Assembly (NCBI GenBank): GCA_963708075.1
Contig: OY970194.1
Location: forward strand, 7,392,001-7,456,000
Direction of reading: 5' to 3'
DNA: 64,000 bases
DNA from: Sedimentisphaerales bacterium
Lineage (GTDB): Bacteria > Planctomycetota > Phycisphaerae > Sedimentisphaerales > Anaerobacaceae
Position 1 is the stretch's first letter. Every line of letters begins with the position of its first letter. The position numbers and the translations under genes are program-made. Below, piece after piece: positions 61,418-64,000 of the stretch. Under the pieces are notes generated by a model, which saw nothing but the letters and a program-made list of their open reading frames with translations, did no database searches and was not told the DNA's origin.

Positions 61418-62743
61418 CTACTTTGGCAAGTTCTTTTCGAGCTCGGCCAGCGTATCGGCGCTGACGGTCTCCGCGTGCAGGCTGCCGAAGAGGACTCGAT
61501 ATTCCTTATCGGAGACCTTCCACCGCAGCAGGACCTTATCGGCATCCTGCGGCGTCACGACGCTGCCGTAGTAGGCCGGGTCCTTCTTTTCCTGCGTGAG
61601 CATCATGTAGAACATTCCCGCGCCCTGGATCGGCATCATGATGTCCACAACCTTCTTGGCCTGCTCTTGGGCCGACAGATTCTTGTCGCCCTCGAACAGC
61701 TTCTTGAGAACAGGGTTATTCGGGTCGGGGCTGCCCTGCGCGAGCTTGCCAAACTGCGTCATGAGGCTCATGAGGTCGAGCTTCTCCGGATACCGGCCGG
61801 TCAGGTCGGCGTACAGCTTCAGGCCCGCGATGGCGCCCCCTTCATCCATCGCCGGCATCTTCATGGGGCCGCCGGGCAAGGTTTTGTAGTCCGGCGGGAT
61901 GACCGGCGTGAAATCGGCAGCCGTTGCTGGGCAATCCCACTGGAAGTTGTGAACCACGCCGTGTATCCGCATGCCGCTCACTTCCATGTCCATCTCCGAC
62001 CGCACCGGAAGCTGCGTCTTGACATCGACCCAGATCTTCACATCCACCTGGCCCGTCATCCCGGCCAGGTAGTTCGGATCGGTCGTCTGGAATCCTTCGA
62101 CTTCCACTCCGTCCACCGTGGACCGACCCAGACTCTCATACTTGCAGTCCAGAATCTGCTTGAGCATAGTGCTGGGATCGTTGTTCTGCTGTCGGGTCTT
62201 TTCGAACAGTGTCTCGTCGAGGTCCACGCGGACGTACTGCTTCTCATTCGACATGAGCATGATCATGGCCTTTTCCTGGGGCAGCATGTACATCTCTTGA
62301 TGCGAGAGCTTTCCACCGTTGGGGTCCACCGTGTCCACCGTCGCTTTCATGCCGCGGTCCTGTGCGATCAGGATGGTAGCCTCCATGTTCTGATTGATGG
62401 CCGGCCCGGTGGGGATTTGGCCGCTGATGGTCATGGTCATCTGATACATGTAGGCGGTGATCTGCTGGACCTGGGCCAGCACGTTGGCCAGGGCGATCCC
62501 CGAGCCTGTGCCCGTCCACATGACGATACCTGCGATGCCTGCGACCGCGATGACCGCGGCGGCGGCGAGTTTCATGATTGGATTCCTCATAGTCATTCTC
62601 CATCGACTCCATGTGAGCGTTGAATTCTCGTTGGTTTTCCGCCGAGCCTGGAGCACGTCCTGAAAGACCTGCTCGTCCGCATCCGGCCGGATGCTCAGCT
62701 CAGCCCTCTTGAACAATTTCCGAATGTCATCCGCGGGGTTCAT
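61418..62743 (-). CDS. Anti-sigma factor 1 (TM, LolA-like domain, conserved C-terminal domain)
   Basis: ATGA overlap with sigma 1; paralog of 56007 and 59347. Confidence 0.82.
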   Translation of the reverse strand: MNPADDIRKLFKRAELSIRPDADEQVFQDVLQARRKTNENSTLTWSRWRMTMRNPIMKLAAAAVIAVAGIAGIVMWTGTGSGIALANVLAQVQQITAYMYQMTMTISGQIPTGPAINQNMEATILIAQDRGMKATVDTVDPNGGKLSHQEMYMLPQEKAMIMLMSNEKQYVRVDLDETLFEKTRQQNNDPSTMLKQILDCKYESLGRSTVDGVEVEGFQTTDPNYLAGMTGQVDVKIWVDVKTQLPVRSEMDMEVSGMRIHGVVHNFQWDCPATAADFTPVIPPDYKTLPGGPMKMPAMDEGGAIAGLKLYADLTGRYPEKLDLMSLMTQFGKLAQGSPDPNNPVLKKLFEGDKNLSAQEQAKKVVDIMMPIQGAGMFYMMLTQEKKDPAYYGSVVTPQDADKVLLRWKVSDKEYRVLFGSLHAETVSADTLAELEKNLPK

Positions 62744-63288
62744 TCGTGTACCTTGCCGTTTAGCACAGACCGTAACTTCTCGACTCCATACCGGTATCGG
62801 CCTTTGACCGTATTCAGTGATGCCTTCTGCAGCACTGCTATCTGCGAAAAGGTCAGATCCATTTCCATGTGAGAGCAGATCACTTCGCGCTGCTCGTACG
62901 GCAGCTCCTGCAGGGCCTTGCTCAGCAGCGACAGCTCTTCACTGAGAATCGCCCACTGCTGTGGCCCCGGCTCGCGGCAGGGCAGCAGGTCCGCCTCATC
63001 GAGAAGCAGGCCCTCGCCGCGCCGGCTGCCGTCCCGCACGTGATTGCGAACGCGGTTGAGCACGCTGGTGACCAGGTAGCCCTTGAGACTGCCGGTCAGC
63101 CCGATGCGGTCGGCCGACTGCGCGAAGCTGACAAACACATCGTGAACGATGTCTTCCGCCGTGTGCAGATTGCCGACCAGCGTCATGGCGTACCGCAGCA
63201 GCTCGACTTTGTACTTGTCGTAGATCTGCCGCAGGGCCTCCGGACGGCCCCGCTTGAACCCGAGTATAAGCAGCTTGTCTTCGATCAT
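62740..63288 (-). CDS. ECF sigma factor 1
   Basis: AEDIVHDVF and TVKGRYRYGVEKLRSVL. Confidence 0.92.
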   Translation of the reverse strand: MIEDKLLILGFKRGRPEALRQIYDKYKVELLRYAMTLVGNLHTAEDIVHDVFVSFAQSADRIGLTGSLKGYLVTSVLNRVRNHVRDGSRRGEGLLLDEADLLPCREPGPQQWAILSEELSLLSKALQELPYEQREVICSHMEMDLTFSQIAVLQKASLNTVKGRYRYGVEKLRSVLNGKVHE

Positions 63289-63322
63289 CGTGCACGTTTA
63301 CCAGAAGAATGTTCACTCTTCA

Positions 63323-63357
63323 CCCTATTACACACCCAAACCCCGCCGTTGGGTATA
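63323..63357 (-). promoter_or_regulatory. Putative ECF autoregulatory promoter
   Basis: TATACCCAAC-N14-GTGTAATAGGG. Confidence 0.65.
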
Positions 63358-63575
63358 TGCAGGGGCAAGGATTTTTCGCAGGTACACGGGTCTGGAGTCT
63401 TTACACATACGGGTGGCAGCGTCAAGGCCGAAGGCCTTGGCGATGGCTGTATCGCATCAGGGGAAGACCATCGCCAAGCTGCGCTTGACGCTGCCACCCG
63501 TGCAGGGACTTCCTCTGAGACACTGATTTATGGTAACATGGTGCTGGTGACAAGAAACTGCTGCCGAGGCGTGCG

Positions 63576-64000
63576 ATGGATTACCAATTGATAGGATTGG
63601 CAATTGCGATTCTGCTGCTCACGGGCGTTGGCCTCGTGCTCGCCAGGCGGTTCAGAGATCCATTGAGAGAGCGGAATGATCGCGGTCTGGCCTGCCTCAA
63701 TGACGGGCGCTACGATGAAGCCGTTGAGGAATTTACAAAAGTCACCGACCTGGACCCGATGGAACCCTGCGGCTACCACAACCGCGGCCTGGCCTACGAG
63801 CGCAAAGGGGAATACGATAAAGCAGTCGCGGATTTCTATCGCGCACTCGACATCAACCCGCGATATGCCAGTGCTTACTTCGGTCGTGGTCTCGCGTTCG
63901 GCGGGAAGCGAGACTATGATCGAGCCATAGCAGAGTACACCAAGGCTATTGAGATAGACCCTGGCCGCGCTGACGCGTACAACAACCGAGCAGTCGCCCA
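63576..64000 (+). CDS. Membrane-anchored TPR protein, partial (runs off the window; absent from the ORF track)
   Basis: My translation: MDYQLIGLAIAILLLTGVGLVLA...YHNRGLAYERKGEYDKAVADF...AYFGRGLAFGGKRDYDRAIAEYTKAIEIDP. Confidence 0.88.
   Translation, partial: MDYQLIGLAIAILLLTGVGLVLARRFRDPLRERNDRGLACLNDGRYDEAVEEFTKVTDLDPMEPCGYHNRGLAYERKGEYDKAVADFYRALDINPRYASAYFGRGLAFGGKRDYDRAIAEYTKAIEIDPGRADAYNNRAVA

Noticed and set aside
1..64000. CRISPR array, tRNA or rRNA genes
   Set aside because: No regularly spaced repeats with unique spacers and no tRNA- or rRNA-like sequence seen by eye

Overview
64 kb of GC-rich bacterial DNA. The gene content points to Planctomycetota, most likely Phycisphaerae/Sedimentisphaerales (inference from PAPGA-type PEP-CTERM-like proteins, a DUF1559-like pilin-signal protein, a PQQ propeller, and many ECF sigma/anti-sigma pairs). 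The window is mostly cell-envelope and accessory genes. (1) Six paralogous 950-1150 aa secreted proteins share one chassis: Fn3/Ig-like 'YYWRVDE' repeats and a conserved C-terminal 'VDDFESYT...IDDIR' domain. Their N-terminal domains differ, and an optional domain is inserted at one fixed site. (2) Three tandem ECF sigma/anti-sigma cassettes, a fourth pair, and two orphan anti-sigma-like genes. (3) A duplicated ~1.3 kb unit made of a REP-like half site, an ORF, a terminator and the 5' domain I of a group IIC intron. (4) Three IS630 insertions from two families; one splits a terminator loop and one splits a PQQ-propeller gene. (5) A small toxin-antitoxin/nuclease cluster, a stand-alone HEPN-motif gene, MltA, a subtilisin-PKD protease, an acyl-ACP thioesterase, an amidohydrolase, an AKR, an O-methyltransferase, a URO-D family protein and DUF763. 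About eight single-base frameshifts are visible. Four sit at the same heptamer, GAGAACC, where GAGACC restores the frame, which suggests a motif-linked (possibly methylation-linked) sequencing artefact. No rRNA, tRNA or CRISPR array was seen. All family assignments come from motif recognition by eye, not database searches.
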